From the NCBI GenBank assembly GCA_965263355.1, contig CBDHHL010000032.1, forward strand, positions 672,001 to 736,000: a stretch of 64,000 nucleotides of DNA. The letters are read 5' to 3'. Below the pieces are notes generated by a model. It did not search any database. It had not been told where the DNA came from and saw only the letters and a program-made list of their open reading frames with translations. Each line of letters starts with the position of its first letter. Positions within the stretch are counted from its first letter, which is position 1. The position numbers and the translations under genes are program-made. This document shows positions 21,965 to 32,615 of the stretch, piece by piece. Source of the DNA: Leptolyngbyaceae cyanobacterium. GTDB taxonomy: Bacteria; Cyanobacteriota; Cyanobacteriia; Phormidesmidales; Phormidesmidaceae.

Positions 21965-22948
21965 ATGGTCGAAGTCTCTACCACTACATTTATTGATCGC
22001 TCCCATTGGGGACGTATCCAAGTTTCTGGGGCCGATCGACTGCGCTTTCTCCATAACCAAACCACTAATGATTTTGAGTCATTGGCTCCCGGTCAGGGCT
22101 GTGAAACCGTATTTGTCACCTCCACCGCCCGCACGTTAGATCTAGCCAGTGCTTATGTAAATGACGATAGCGTTTTGCTAATGGTATCTCCCGACATGGC
22201 ACCGGAGCTAATTGCCTGGATGGACCGATACATCTTTTTTGCCGACAAAGTTACCCTGAGCGATCAAACTGACACCACATTTGCCATTACCCTTTTGGGT
22301 CCTGAAACTGATCAGCTTTTAACTAAACTTGAGCTACCTCAACCTGATCGTAGTTCCTGCAGCCATATCCATACTCGTTGGCCCATCGAGAACATCAACA
22401 TTCAAATCGTTAGAGAAACAGGTATAGCTATGCATGGCTATACCCTGATAGGGCCTCAAAAACAAAAAACAGTTCTACAAAACTGGCTGATAGAACATCA
22501 GGTGACGGCTCTATCTCCCCAAGCATGGGAAGTACTGCGAATTCGTCAAGGCCGCCCCATGCCTAATCAGGAACTAACGGACAAAGATAACCCCTTAGAA
22601 GCAGGTCTATGGCATACCGTTTCCTTTGAAAAGGGCTGTTATATCGGCCAGGAAACTATAGCCCGACTCAACACCTATCAGGGGGTAAAAAAACAACTTT
22701 GGGGCTTCCAAATCAGTCAACCAGTAACCGCTAATGTTTCTATCAAACTAGACGGCACTCAGGTGGGTAGACTTACTAGCGTAGCTGCTGACAATACAGG
22801 CATTTGGGCATTAGGATACCTACGTACTAAAGCCGGTGGCGCAGGATTAACCGTAGATATAGAAGACACTACAGCTAAGGTGATTGAGCTACCGTTTTTA
22901 TCCCGTGGTTATTTGGCAAACAGCCAGCCTCCAGTAACCTCGACTTAA
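21965..22948 (+). CDS. ygfZ: Folate-binding protein YgfZ (GcvT family)
   Basis: KGCYIGQE signature. Confidence 0.92.
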   Translation: MVEVSTTTFIDRSHWGRIQVSGADRLRFLHNQTTNDFESLAPGQGCETVFVTSTARTLDLASAYVNDDSVLLMVSPDMAPELIAWMDRYIFFADKVTLSDQTDTTFAITLLGPETDQLLTKLELPQPDRSSCSHIHTRWPIENINIQIVRETGIAMHGYTLIGPQKQKTVLQNWLIEHQVTALSPQAWEVLRIRQGRPMPNQELTDKDNPLEAGLWHTVSFEKGCYIGQETIARLNTYQGVKKQLWGFQISQPVTANVSIKLDGTQVGRLTSVAADNTGIWALGYLRTKAGGAGLTVDIEDTTAKVIELPFLSRGYLANSQPPVTST

Positions 22949-23289
22949 CTCAATAGATAAGAATGTTATTTTTTAAGGTTTTCTCAGGATTTTCTGTTTT
23001 TAGCAGAACAACTAATGGCTACAATAAATGAAAAGCATAGCTTTGCTCTGCAGATGCAAAATTTCTTAGAAAATTTTTCTGAGCTGAAAGACTAGGGCTA
23101 GCATGGGTACTCTGAAAGTAACCTGAGTGGTTCATGTCAGTTTGGTTCTAACAAACGCTCGTATCTGCAGAATTGGGCTAGCACCATCAGGTTTGAAAAA
23201 ACTTTTTTTTGACTATGCCTATCTCAAGACAGGCATAGTCGGTTTCATATCAATGTGGCAAATAACAATTTTATTTAGAGGCTTAAGTC

Positions 23290-23838
23290 ATGGCAGCATC
23301 CCTTTGGAGACTACCGCTTGATCGAGCAGTTCGCTACGCTGTTAGCGATGCTCTAGCGTCCGTCAAATCCCATGTGTACGATTTAGAGTACAACCAACGT
23401 CGGTCTCCCCAGGAAGTAGTGACCTGGAATAATTATCTGGCCGACTTGAGGGCTCTACACCAGTTGCTACTCAATTTACCTAGCTTAGAAACAGCCCAAT
23501 GGTTGACTGATGACCAGGCCTATGGCGCTCCCACATTCACCCCATTTGTCCATGGCATCACCGATGCTAGGACCAGCATTCGACGCGTTCATAATTGGTT
23601 ACTTTCCCTCCCTCAGAAAACAGCTGTAGATAGTACATATGAATTCGAAGACAAATCTGTTCTATCAGAACAGCAACACTATGCTTATCAGATTGACAAA
23701 GCCCTAACCAAGCTCCAGATGTTGCCTACTCCTGGTAGTGAGGCATGGTATGCAACATATGAGCCGACTCTGGAGCATTCTCTAACGCCGTTAACCACAA
23801 CAGCACCACAGCAAACCTTAGAACCTGCTGTAGCCTAA
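23290..23838 (+). CDS. Hypothetical protein
   Basis: 182-aa ORF with GAGG RBS and a downstream terminator; no family recognised. Confidence 0.7.
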   Translation: MAASLWRLPLDRAVRYAVSDALASVKSHVYDLEYNQRRSPQEVVTWNNYLADLRALHQLLLNLPSLETAQWLTDDQAYGAPTFTPFVHGITDARTSIRRVHNWLLSLPQKTAVDSTYEFEDKSVLSEQQHYAYQIDKALTKLQMLPTPGSEAWYATYEPTLEHSLTPLTTTAPQQTLEPAVA

Positions 23839-23899
23839 TCTAATCCGGCTTGGTTTTTTCTGCTTGGTATTGCTTTACATTGTATGCTGAATTATCCAC

Positions 23900-23931
23900 A
23901 AAGGGAGCTGCCATAAAAGGCGGCTCCCTTT
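23900..23931 (+). terminator. Intrinsic (possibly bidirectional) terminator
   Basis: AAAGGGAGCTGCC-ataaaa-GGCGGCTCCCTTT. Confidence 0.7.
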
Positions 23932-24075
23932 AGTGTTTTGTATCAGTTCAACCTTTATGACTTACAACAAGACAACCTTCTGGATATAGGCCCATACGGA
24001 CAAGGACGATGGGACTTTCCGATGTCTTCCGGGCACTCTACTGGTTGAATTAAGCCAGAATGGACATCTCCAATA

Positions 24076-26667
24076 ATGATGATGCAGAAATGGTTAAATC
24101 AGCTGCTCAAACAAACCTTTATGGGGCAAAAGCTACTGAAATGGTGGCTATACTCTGTGATGATTTGTCTGCTAATTATTCTAACTAGACCTAGTTTGGC
24201 AATCCAAACACCGCCAGATTTGCTGCCAGATTCACTTTTGAGCTACGGCCATCAAGCCTATGCATCAGGCCAATTCCACTTAGCAAGACAGCAGTGGCAA
24301 CAGGCGGCCCATCACTATAGCCAGCAACAAAAACCGGCTGAAACCGCATTGAGCCTAAGCTATTTAGCGCTTTCTTACCAGGAATTGGGACAATGGCAAA
24401 AGGCCAAGCAAACTATTGAGCAAAGTTTAGCGCTATTAGAAGCCCATGGACCAGCACCTAAGATCCAGGCCCATGTGCTTAATACCTATGGCAATATTCA
24501 ACTTGCTTTGGGACAACCAGAAGCTGCCCTAGCTACATGGCAAGAAGCCACCACCTACTATCAACAACTTGAAGATCAGGTAGGTCAGCTAGGCAGTCAA
24601 TTAAATCAGGCCCAGGCCATGCAGACCCTAGGGTTTTATCGCCGTGCCAAAACCTTATTGGATGAGCTGACAATCCAAGTTAATCAGCAGTCTGACTCAC
24701 TACTAAAAGCGACAACACTACGTAGTTTAGGCAACTTACTTCAGATAACAGGTAGTCTTGAGCAAGCTCAGACCCTGCTCGAACAAAGTTTAGCAATTAC
24801 TAAAACCCTAAACCAACCAGCGGAAACAAGTAAAACCCTCTTTGCCTTAGCCAATAACTTCAGAGCCCGTCATCAACCGGAGCAAGCTTTGGAGATTTAC
24901 CAACAGTTGATCGTTCTCACAGACAGTCCTCCAGATCGGCTTGAGACTCAACTTAATTTGTTAAGTCTACTGGTGGAATTACAACGATGGGAAGTTGTTC
25001 AACCGCTATTGACTGAATTGAGTCAGCAGTTACCCGATTTACAAGCTAGCCGACCTGCCATTTACAGTCGGGTAAATTTTGCTGAAAGTGCACTTAAATT
25101 TAATCAGGAACGCCCCAATGAAATACCAGCTATTTCTATCCATCATTTAGCCGAGCTGTTAGCTCAAGGAGCGCAGCAGGCACACGCATTACATGACTCG
25201 CGGGCTGAGTCCCTAGCATTGGGTCAACTGGGCAAGTTATATATAACAACCCAACAGTGGCATAATGCGACTGATGTCACACAAAAGGCAATTCACCTGG
25301 CAAAACGTAGCCATGCTCGAGATATTAGCTATCGTTGGCAGTGGCAGTTAGGCGACATCTATCAGCAAAAACAACAGCCACAGCATGCGATCGCAACCTA
25401 TACCGAAGCTGTTGACACCCTTTCCTCCGTACGCGCAGATCTATTAGCGACTAATTCTGAACTCCAGTTCAGCATCAAAGAAAAAGTTGAACCACTCTAC
25501 CGTGATTTAGTCGGTCTGCTATTAAAGCCAGAAGTCCCTGATCAAAAAGCGTTAATACAAGCTCGTAATCTGATTGAAGATCTACAGCTAGTCGAATTAG
25601 AAAACTATTTTCGGTCTGCATGCATTGACACCCAAGCCAAACAAGTTGATCAAATTGATCCACATGCCGCAGTTATTTATCCCATCATTCTGTCAGATCG
25701 GCTAGAAATTGTTCTAGCATTACCCAACCAACCACTCAGCCACTATCGCACCGAAATACCCGATACTGAACTCGAAAATACCCTCAATCAGTTTTTTATT
25801 GCCTTTAATCCAGCTTTGTCCAATCAACGACGGCTGCAACTCTCAAAACAACTATACGACTGGTTAATTCAACCAGCTGCTGCTGAGTTAGCGCAGCATA
25901 ATATCAAAACCCTGGTATTCGTGCTGGATGGCAAACTAAGAAATATTCCCATGGCAGCCCTCTACGATGGCGAAAAATATCTAATAGAAACCTACAGCGT
26001 TGCGTTGACCCCTGGCTTAGAACTAATGGGTCCTCATTTTCACCAGCCCAAACCCCTAGAGGCTCTGATCCTGGGGGTCAGCGAACCACGCCAAGGATTT
26101 TCTCCCCTCCCAGGTGTAAAAGATGAGATTGAAAAAATTGCCGCCAATGTCGAACAAGCCCAGGTATATATCAATCAAGCATTCACTAAACAAACCTTTA
26201 AAGATCAACTCAAAGCCACTCCCTATCCCATTCTGCATCTTGCCACTCACGGCCAATTCAGCTCAGAGCTAGCTAGTACTTTTTTACTAGCCTGGGATGA
26301 AACCATCACCTTAGAAGATTTAGACACCCTCTTAACAGATCGGCGACTGCAGAACAACAATCCGATTGAGCTAATGGTTTTGAGTGCTTGTCAAACTGCC
26401 GAGGGAGATGATCGAGCTACCTTAGGATTAGCGGGTATGGCAATCAAGTCTGGAGCCCGTAGCACCCTAGCGACCTTATGGTCAGTCAATGATAAATCTA
26501 CAGTCCAACTGATCAACTATTTTTATGACGCTCTAAGCAATACAGAGGTCTCAACCACCAAAGCCGAAGCTCTTCGTCAAGCACAAATTTCCCTAATTAA
26601 AAACAAACACTATTCACATCCATTCTATTGGGCTCCCTTTGTACTGATTGGGAATTGGCTAACTTAA
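24076..26667 (+). CDS. TPR + CHAT (caspase/HetF-like) domain protein with signal peptide
   Basis: TPR-like helices; ILHLATHGQF and LSACQTA catalytic motifs; HPFYWAPFVLIGNWL C-terminus. Confidence 0.92.
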   Translation: MMMQKWLNQLLKQTFMGQKLLKWWLYSVMICLLIILTRPSLAIQTPPDLLPDSLLSYGHQAYASGQFHLARQQWQQAAHHYSQQQKPAETALSLSYLALSYQELGQWQKAKQTIEQSLALLEAHGPAPKIQAHVLNTYGNIQLALGQPEAALATWQEATTYYQQLEDQVGQLGSQLNQAQAMQTLGFYRRAKTLLDELTIQVNQQSDSLLKATTLRSLGNLLQITGSLEQAQTLLEQSLAITKTLNQPAETSKTLFALANNFRARHQPEQALEIYQQLIVLTDSPPDRLETQLNLLSLLVELQRWEVVQPLLTELSQQLPDLQASRPAIYSRVNFAESALKFNQERPNEIPAISIHHLAELLAQGAQQAHALHDSRAESLALGQLGKLYITTQQWHNATDVTQKAIHLAKRSHARDISYRWQWQLGDIYQQKQQPQHAIATYTEAVDTLSSVRADLLATNSELQFSIKEKVEPLYRDLVGLLLKPEVPDQKALIQARNLIEDLQLVELENYFRSACIDTQAKQVDQIDPHAAVIYPIILSDRLEIVLALPNQPLSHYRTEIPDTELENTLNQFFIAFNPALSNQRRLQLSKQLYDWLIQPAAAELAQHNIKTLVFVLDGKLRNIPMAALYDGEKYLIETYSVALTPGLELMGPHFHQPKPLEALILGVSEPRQGFSPLPGVKDEIEKIAANVEQAQVYINQAFTKQTFKDQLKATPYPILHLATHGQFSSELASTFLLAWDETITLEDLDTLLTDRRLQNNNPIELMVLSACQTAEGDDRATLGLAGMAIKSGARSTLATLWSVNDKSTVQLINYFYDALSNTEVSTTKAEALRQAQISLIKNKHYSHPFYWAPFVLIGNWLT

Positions 26668-26905
26668 ACCACAGCCAAGTTAAAACCTATAGTCTCTTCC
26701 ACAGCCCACCGTCCTTGAATAAATCAAGTTAGCCATATGCCCCGTGTAAACACGGAGATTTTTTACTAATATCGAAACACCAAATACAATCTTCACATCT
26801 ATTTCCGTTAAAACACATAAATTTTCTCCTATTCACTTTGTTAGGTTAGTAAAAACAACTACATAGGATGTATTCATTATCCTACTGCTGTTTTTATAGG
26901 CGAAC

Positions 26906-27625
26906 ATGATTAGACTTATGGTGCGACATTACATAACAACTGGCATCGCAATATCGGCGATTTTATTGAGCTGTGGCACTGCTATGGCCGAAATTTCAAC
27001 AGAAAATCTAAATGCTACGTCATTACCAACGAATGACTGGTCTTTCTGGCCAACGGATGACGATAAAGCACCCAACAATACGGTCAGCGGCGCATCTCGA
27101 GGGAGTTGTTCCAACGACCAAGTAATTGCCCTATTACCCAGTTCTCAATATGGGCTTACCAGCAAATCTCATCCTGAGATATTAGTAGCTACCACCTCAG
27201 TGGATACAACGGATCAAGCACTTTTTAGCATGCAATCAGCAGACGGTTACTACTACGAAACCTATATTGAATTACCAGATACCCCAGGCATCATCAATAT
27301 TGCACTACCGAGTGAGGCTCCGGCCTTAGATGTTAATCAGCTCTACCAATGGTCATTAGTCTTGATGTGTAATAACCAATTAAGACCTGACAGCCCTGCA
27401 ATACAGGGATGGATCCAGACACAACCAATCAACAGTAACATCACCACACCTTCTATAGAACAGGCCATCGAGTATCGAGAAGCTCATTTGTGGTATGACA
27501 TGGTTGCATTATTGGCAGAACTACGACGACAAGAACCAACAAATCAAGCTGTTTATGAAGCTTGGCAAGGCGTTTTAGCTGGCCTTGAACTGATGGCTGT
27601 AGTGTATGAGCCGATTATTAAATAG
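26906..27625 (+). CDS. DUF928 domain protein
   Basis: Signal peptide, SGASRG, YQWSLVLMC and LWYD motifs; usual neighbour of CHAT/CHASE2 genes. Confidence 0.88.
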   Translation: MIRLMVRHYITTGIAISAILLSCGTAMAEISTENLNATSLPTNDWSFWPTDDDKAPNNTVSGASRGSCSNDQVIALLPSSQYGLTSKSHPEILVATTSVDTTDQALFSMQSADGYYYETYIELPDTPGIINIALPSEAPALDVNQLYQWSLVLMCNNQLRPDSPAIQGWIQTQPINSNITTPSIEQAIEYREAHLWYDMVALLAELRRQEPTNQAVYEAWQGVLAGLELMAVVYEPIIK

Positions 27626-29429
27626 CTGCTCTCTTGGCTGTGGGGGGCATGCTAAAAGAAACTCTTTGGCATCAAAATTGGGTATGTTGCGATTGGGATG
27701 GCAAATTCGCCAACTAGGAGGAATTCTAGCCGTTTCATGTGGTATTTCAACACTAGTGATAGCTATTAGCATCACAGGAATATTGCAACCCTTAGAATGG
27801 TTTGCATTCGACCGTCTACTACAGCAGAAGGCCGCTGATACGCTTGATTCACGTTTCTTGATCGTCACCATCGGAGAGGAAGATCTGAGAAACCTTGGTG
27901 AATGGCCAATTTCTGATGGCAAAATGGCCAGTATGCTGCAAGAACTGCAGCGCCATCAACCTCGGGTCATCGGTATAGATATTTATCGAGATCTACCCGT
28001 TGGCACCGGACGTGAGCAGCTTAAAGCGGCCTTTCAAACTATTCCTAATATCGTTGGAGTAGAAAAGGTCATTGGTGAACCGGTACCACCACCGCCTGAA
28101 CTTGATCCACACCATCAAGTCGGCATGACTGATTTAGTTGCTGATGCTGACGGACGCATCAGACGAGGTTTATTGGCCATCCAATGCGATAAAGAACAAC
28201 AGCTGTGTAATGAAAACGAACATCAACAAATCAAATATGGATTAGCCACGAAGTTGGCTTTGATCTATTTAGAATCTGAACAGATTTATCCCCAGACAAT
28301 AGACAAAGACCGTTTACGACTGGGGCAAGCTATCTTGAAACGCTTAGCTGCTAATGATGGTGGTTATGCCAATGTGGATGCAGAGAGCACTCAAATTCTA
28401 ATCAACTATCCGGCAGGTCAATTATTTTTTGAGACCGTAACGTTTTCACAGGTCCTTAATGGAGAGGTATCTACCCACAAAATCCAGGATAAAGTCGTTC
28501 TGATTGGCGCAACAGCAGTTAGCCTAAATGACTTGCTATATACTCCCATGAGTTTGGAGGAACGCCTGCCGGGTGTATTTATCCATGCACATATTGCCAG
28601 CCAATTAATTGGCAGTGCCCTTAATGAACGTAGGCCCTTAAACGGAGCTTCTCCATGGGTTAAAAGCTTGTGGATTCTGCTATCAACCAACCTGGCTGTT
28701 ATCTTAGTGTCTTGGATTACAAACAAAGGAGGCCTATATCGACAAAAGAGTCTATTCTCCCTGGCATTTATCATGCCATGTGTATGGTCTGGAGTAATTG
28801 GGGTTACCTACGGCTTTTTGCTTATGGGCCTATGGTTACCCATAGCAGCATCCCTACTATCGATTTCTTCTTCTTCAATCCTATTGTTACTTCGACAAAA
28901 CCAGCAGCTCCATGGCTTAGCCTCTATCGATGGCCTCACTCGCATTGCGAATCGTCGTTCCTTCGACCATTACCTGCAACAATGCATTTATCTCCAAGAA
29001 AAACTAGCCCTCGTGCTCTGTGATGTAGATTATTTCAAACGTTATAACGATACCTACGGTCATCAAGAAGGGGATAAATGCCTGAGATTAGTAGCTAAAA
29101 CCCTAGAGCAAGGGGTACGACGCAGTGATTTTGTTGCTCGCTATGGTGGAGAAGAATTTGTGATTGTGTTACCAAATACAGAGACCTCCATGGCCTATGG
29201 AATTTTAGAGCGAGTTCAAAAACAGATAGCCAATTTGGAAATTGCCCATACAGCTTCGGAGGTTAGTGATTATGTGACCTTGAGCTTTGGTCTGGTGACT
29301 GTGGATAACCTGAAAGGTATTTCAGCCAAAGCCATCATTGAATGGGCTGATCACGCTTTATATCAAGCTAAAAAACTGGGACGCAACCGGGTTTCTGCAA
29401 CTATCTTTCCTCAAGATAGCTCACTTTAG
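27606..29429 (+). CDS. CHASE2-domain diguanylate cyclase
   Basis: CHASE2 (WPISD, VIGIDIYRD, D.DGRIRR, PGVFIHA), three TM helices, GGEEF active site with RRSD I-site. Start may be 27684. Confidence 0.92.
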   Translation: MSRLLNSCSLGCGGHAKRNSLASKLGMLRLGWQIRQLGGILAVSCGISTLVIAISITGILQPLEWFAFDRLLQQKAADTLDSRFLIVTIGEEDLRNLGEWPISDGKMASMLQELQRHQPRVIGIDIYRDLPVGTGREQLKAAFQTIPNIVGVEKVIGEPVPPPPELDPHHQVGMTDLVADADGRIRRGLLAIQCDKEQQLCNENEHQQIKYGLATKLALIYLESEQIYPQTIDKDRLRLGQAILKRLAANDGGYANVDAESTQILINYPAGQLFFETVTFSQVLNGEVSTHKIQDKVVLIGATAVSLNDLLYTPMSLEERLPGVFIHAHIASQLIGSALNERRPLNGASPWVKSLWILLSTNLAVILVSWITNKGGLYRQKSLFSLAFIMPCVWSGVIGVTYGFLLMGLWLPIAASLLSISSSSILLLLRQNQQLHGLASIDGLTRIANRRSFDHYLQQCIYLQEKLALVLCDVDYFKRYNDTYGHQEGDKCLRLVAKTLEQGVRRSDFVARYGGEEFVIVLPNTETSMAYGILERVQKQIANLEIAHTASEVSDYVTLSFGLVTVDNLKGISAKAIIEWADHALYQAKKLGRNRVSATIFPQDSSL

Positions 29430-30461
29430 GGGTAAACAAATAATGAAAGTAGCTCCTTTGTGAGCATTATCATACAAAAGTTGGCCATGGTGTTTCTCGA
29501 CAACGATTTGGTAGCTGAGGGCCATCCCTAAACCTGTTCCTTTACCTACTGGCTTAGTACTAAAAAACGGATCAAATATTTTTTCTTGAACATGGGAGGG
29601 AATACCTGGGCCATTGTCTGAAATTTCGATAATGACTTGTTCATTTTGATGGCGAGTGACAATCTTAATCTCAGGTTCTTTCACCCTGGCATCTCTCAAT
29701 GCATCAATGGCATTGGCCAGAATATTCATAAATACTTGATTAATCTGGCCAGCATAACAAGCAACTTGAGGCAACGGACTATAGGATTTAGTTACTCGAA
29801 TTTCAGAACAGTCAGAACTGGCTTTTAACCGATGGCCTAAAATCACCAAGGTACTGTCTAATCCAGCATGTAGATCAACTAGCTTGTACTCTGCTTCGTC
29901 CATGCGTGAAAATGTGCGCAATGAAAGAACAATCTCTCTAATGCGTTCAGCTCCCATACGCATTGACGACATCACCTTAGGCAAGTCATCTCTCAAAAAC
30001 TCTAGCTCAATAGTATCAATACAGTCCTTAACTTCAGGAGTTTGTTCTAGATAACATGCTTGATATACCGACACTAGAGTGAGCAAATCTTCCATGTACT
30101 GTTGTGCATACTCAAGGTTGCCATAGATAAAGCTAACAGGATTATTAATTTCATGGGCTACCCCTGCAACCAATACCCCAAGAGCTGACATTTTTTCTGC
30201 CGTTAGCAGCCGTGACTGCATCGCTCGTACATCATCTAAGGCTTGTTCCAGCTCTTGACTGCGCGCCTGTAGTGCCTGTTCAGACTGCTGTGCTTCTTGT
30301 ACCGCTTTAGACAGTAAAGACTCTGACATTTGGCGACTTTGGTGTAAGCGCTCAAGAATTCGCTCTTGGCGTAACAATGTCTTCTTAAGTTTGCGATTTT
30401 CCTTATCTAAGGTCTTGAGTTGCTCAGTTAGAGCTTGTTCCTTAGGGGATAGCTCTGTCAC
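29421..30461 (-). CDS. Histidine kinase lacking its own sensor domain
   Basis: Coiled coil + AGVAHEINNP H-box, N-box, DNGPG, GTGLG; starts 2 nt after the FIST gene stop. Confidence 0.92.
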   Translation of the reverse strand: MTELSPKEQALTEQLKTLDKENRKLKKTLLRQERILERLHQSRQMSESLLSKAVQEAQQSEQALQARSQELEQALDDVRAMQSRLLTAEKMSALGVLVAGVAHEINNPVSFIYGNLEYAQQYMEDLLTLVSVYQACYLEQTPEVKDCIDTIELEFLRDDLPKVMSSMRMGAERIREIVLSLRTFSRMDEAEYKLVDLHAGLDSTLVILGHRLKASSDCSEIRVTKSYSPLPQVACYAGQINQVFMNILANAIDALRDARVKEPEIKIVTRHQNEQVIIEISDNGPGIPSHVQEKIFDPFFSTKPVGKGTGLGMALSYQIVVEKHHGQLLYDNAHKGATFIICLPLK

Positions 30462-30463
30462 AG

Positions 30464-31618
30464 TTAATCTACTCCAAGTAACAGAGTAACTAGCGTTTCT
30501 TGATGAAAAAAGGATTTTCCCTGCATCTTAAGGGGGGCAATTTCACCATAGGCATAAAAGCCAACCATTGGCATAGCAGGGTCTAAAAACTGTTGTCCCA
30601 AGGCATATTCTTCCTTAGCTCGCCCTCCCAAAATCCAGCGTCTGGCTGCACAAGATATTAGAAAAGCAACTGCTGGCTGCTGACCAGGGTAATGGGCTAC
30701 GGCCTGTTCAATGGAAGATTTGGCGGCAATAATAATTTGATCGTGGGTAGCGTAGGTAATTTGTACTCTGGCCTGTTCAGGGACTTCTCCCATAAAATGA
30801 ATACTATTGGTATTGAGGTCCCATTGATTAGCGGCACGCAAGTAAAATCTGTCACTGCCTTTTTCATAGACAGCAAGGGGATACTCACCATAAATTGGCT
30901 GGGTACCTGTATATTCTTGAAAAAACTGGACAGCAGGCTGATGGTCTATTTCGTGGACAATTTCTCTATCTGCTTTTGTAACAATGGCAGGGCGACTGAG
31001 AGGTTGCCAGCCACTGGCAACCCCGTGGGATAGTTTAAGGCTGTCTCCACAAAATGCCAAAATAGGCAGCCCGTTGTGTACGACCTCTCCCTGATAAAAC
31101 TGATGGGTCTGTTGAAACTGATATTGATCACCAGCAAGACCACCAATAATGGGCGTTTCAGTAGAAAGTTTTGTCTGGATTTGTCGTAGGGAAACCTCTG
31201 TTCCGTCAGCTAGGCCATCAGGTAGGACGATACAAAGTTTAATGTCTTGCAAATTATCTATCTTTAGACTGTCTATTGCTTGGTTCGCTGCTGCTTTTGC
31301 ATCCTCAGACAAATTTCGGCCTAACCCGGCATGGATGGTAATGGTATCAGAGCAAAATAGCGTTAGGGTAATAGAATCTTCTTGAAATCCCTGTTCTGAG
31401 GATATTTCACCATCGGTCGTACAGCCAATGAGCTGAATGCCTGGAAATACGGTTTGGATACGTGCCAAAATCATCCCATAGTTAAAGTCCACTGCGGCAA
31501 AAAGGATACCGGCTTGGGGTAATTGATTATCTAATTGGGCGTGACACTGGTCTAAAATTTCTGCGATCGCATCTTCAGAGTCAATATCTGTACTGTGCCC
31601 AACAATGGCCTTAAACAT
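30464..31618 (-). CDS. FIST N/C domain protein (NosP-like sensor)
   Basis: LIGCTTDGEI, IIGGLAGD, GVASGWQP, ISCAARR, GFYAYGEI motifs. Confidence 0.9.
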   Translation of the reverse strand: MFKAIVGHSTDIDSEDAIAEILDQCHAQLDNQLPQAGILFAAVDFNYGMILARIQTVFPGIQLIGCTTDGEISSEQGFQEDSITLTLFCSDTITIHAGLGRNLSEDAKAAANQAIDSLKIDNLQDIKLCIVLPDGLADGTEVSLRQIQTKLSTETPIIGGLAGDQYQFQQTHQFYQGEVVHNGLPILAFCGDSLKLSHGVASGWQPLSRPAIVTKADREIVHEIDHQPAVQFFQEYTGTQPIYGEYPLAVYEKGSDRFYLRAANQWDLNTNSIHFMGEVPEQARVQITYATHDQIIIAAKSSIEQAVAHYPGQQPAVAFLISCAARRWILGGRAKEEYALGQQFLDPAMPMVGFYAYGEIAPLKMQGKSFFHQETLVTLLLGVD

Positions 31619-31844
31619 ATGCTTACAAATTCAGAATTCTTATAGAGTTTTCCCGAAACCACCTAACATCAGGGTGTATTTTTTAGTACTGGGATAGATC
31701 TTTATATTGGGGTAGACGCAATATAGTGCTCTGCACCGTAGTTAAAAATTGCGGCACCAACGAACAATTCATATTCCATTTGTGTGTAGATTAAACCTTA
31801 AACATGGTTTAACATTCCAAATCATTCACTAAAATACTTGTCCA

Positions 31845-32588
31845 GTGTCTTCGCACCCGCCAACTAAGCCTTTAAAGTCAGAAAGTAGCCCAACTCCCCC
31901 GTCGGGCTACGGTCCTCTGCTGATCACAATGATCATGTTTCTGGGAGTGAGTGGGGTACTGTTCCACTGGTCATCCCCAAATATCCATTGGCCCTATCGC
32001 TTACCTAAATTATGGTTTAGTCCATCCAAACTATTGCGCCTAGGGTCAGCTAACTGGGTGGACTCTCCTCTCCCCCTGGCCATGGCAGGTGGCGATCCCT
32101 ATATTCGGGCTTTGATGAGAACAATTTCGGCTAGTGAGTCCAATATGGATAAGCCGTATCATTTGCTTTACGGCGGTCAGACGATTAAGGAACTGAATCA
32201 ACATCCTGATACGTGTATAACGATTGAAACAGGGCCAAATCTGGGGGATTGTACAACAGCCGCTGGTCGTTATCAGTTTTTGACAACTACCTGGCAGGCA
32301 AAGGCTCAAAAGTATCATCCTAATCCACCCGGTTGGTTGGAATTTTGGCAAGTTTACGATTTTGCCCCTGAAGCCCAGGATATTGTTGTCTATCGTTGGC
32401 TATTGGATTCAGATGCTTGGGGAACGGATATTAGCCAGCAGTTGCAAAATGGAGAAATCACCCAGGTGTTGGAACTACTATCAGGCACTTGGACCAGTCT
32501 AGGGTACGGTATTGAGACAAATTCCATGTCGAGCCAACTGACTCGCATCTACAGCGAAATGTTGCAGGAAGAACTGGCAACACCCTAA
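31845..32588 (+). CDS. Membrane-anchored lysozyme-like glycoside hydrolase (GH104/lambda-R type)
   Basis: IRALMRTISASES, TTAAGRYQFLTTTW, FAPEAQD, TWTSLG. Confidence 0.85.
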   Translation: MSSHPPTKPLKSESSPTPPSGYGPLLITMIMFLGVSGVLFHWSSPNIHWPYRLPKLWFSPSKLLRLGSANWVDSPLPLAMAGGDPYIRALMRTISASESNMDKPYHLLYGGQTIKELNQHPDTCITIETGPNLGDCTTAAGRYQFLTTTWQAKAQKYHPNPPGWLEFWQVYDFAPEAQDIVVYRWLLDSDAWGTDISQQLQNGEITQVLELLSGTWTSLGYGIETNSMSSQLTRIYSEMLQEELATP

Positions 32589-32615
32589 CCGTTTCAAGCG
32601 GCCTTGGCCTCAAGT

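Noticed and set aside
31845..32588. Lambda-type lysozyme as a prophage marker
   Set aside because: No phage genes nearby; membrane-anchored GH104 genes are common chromosomal cyanobacterial genes.
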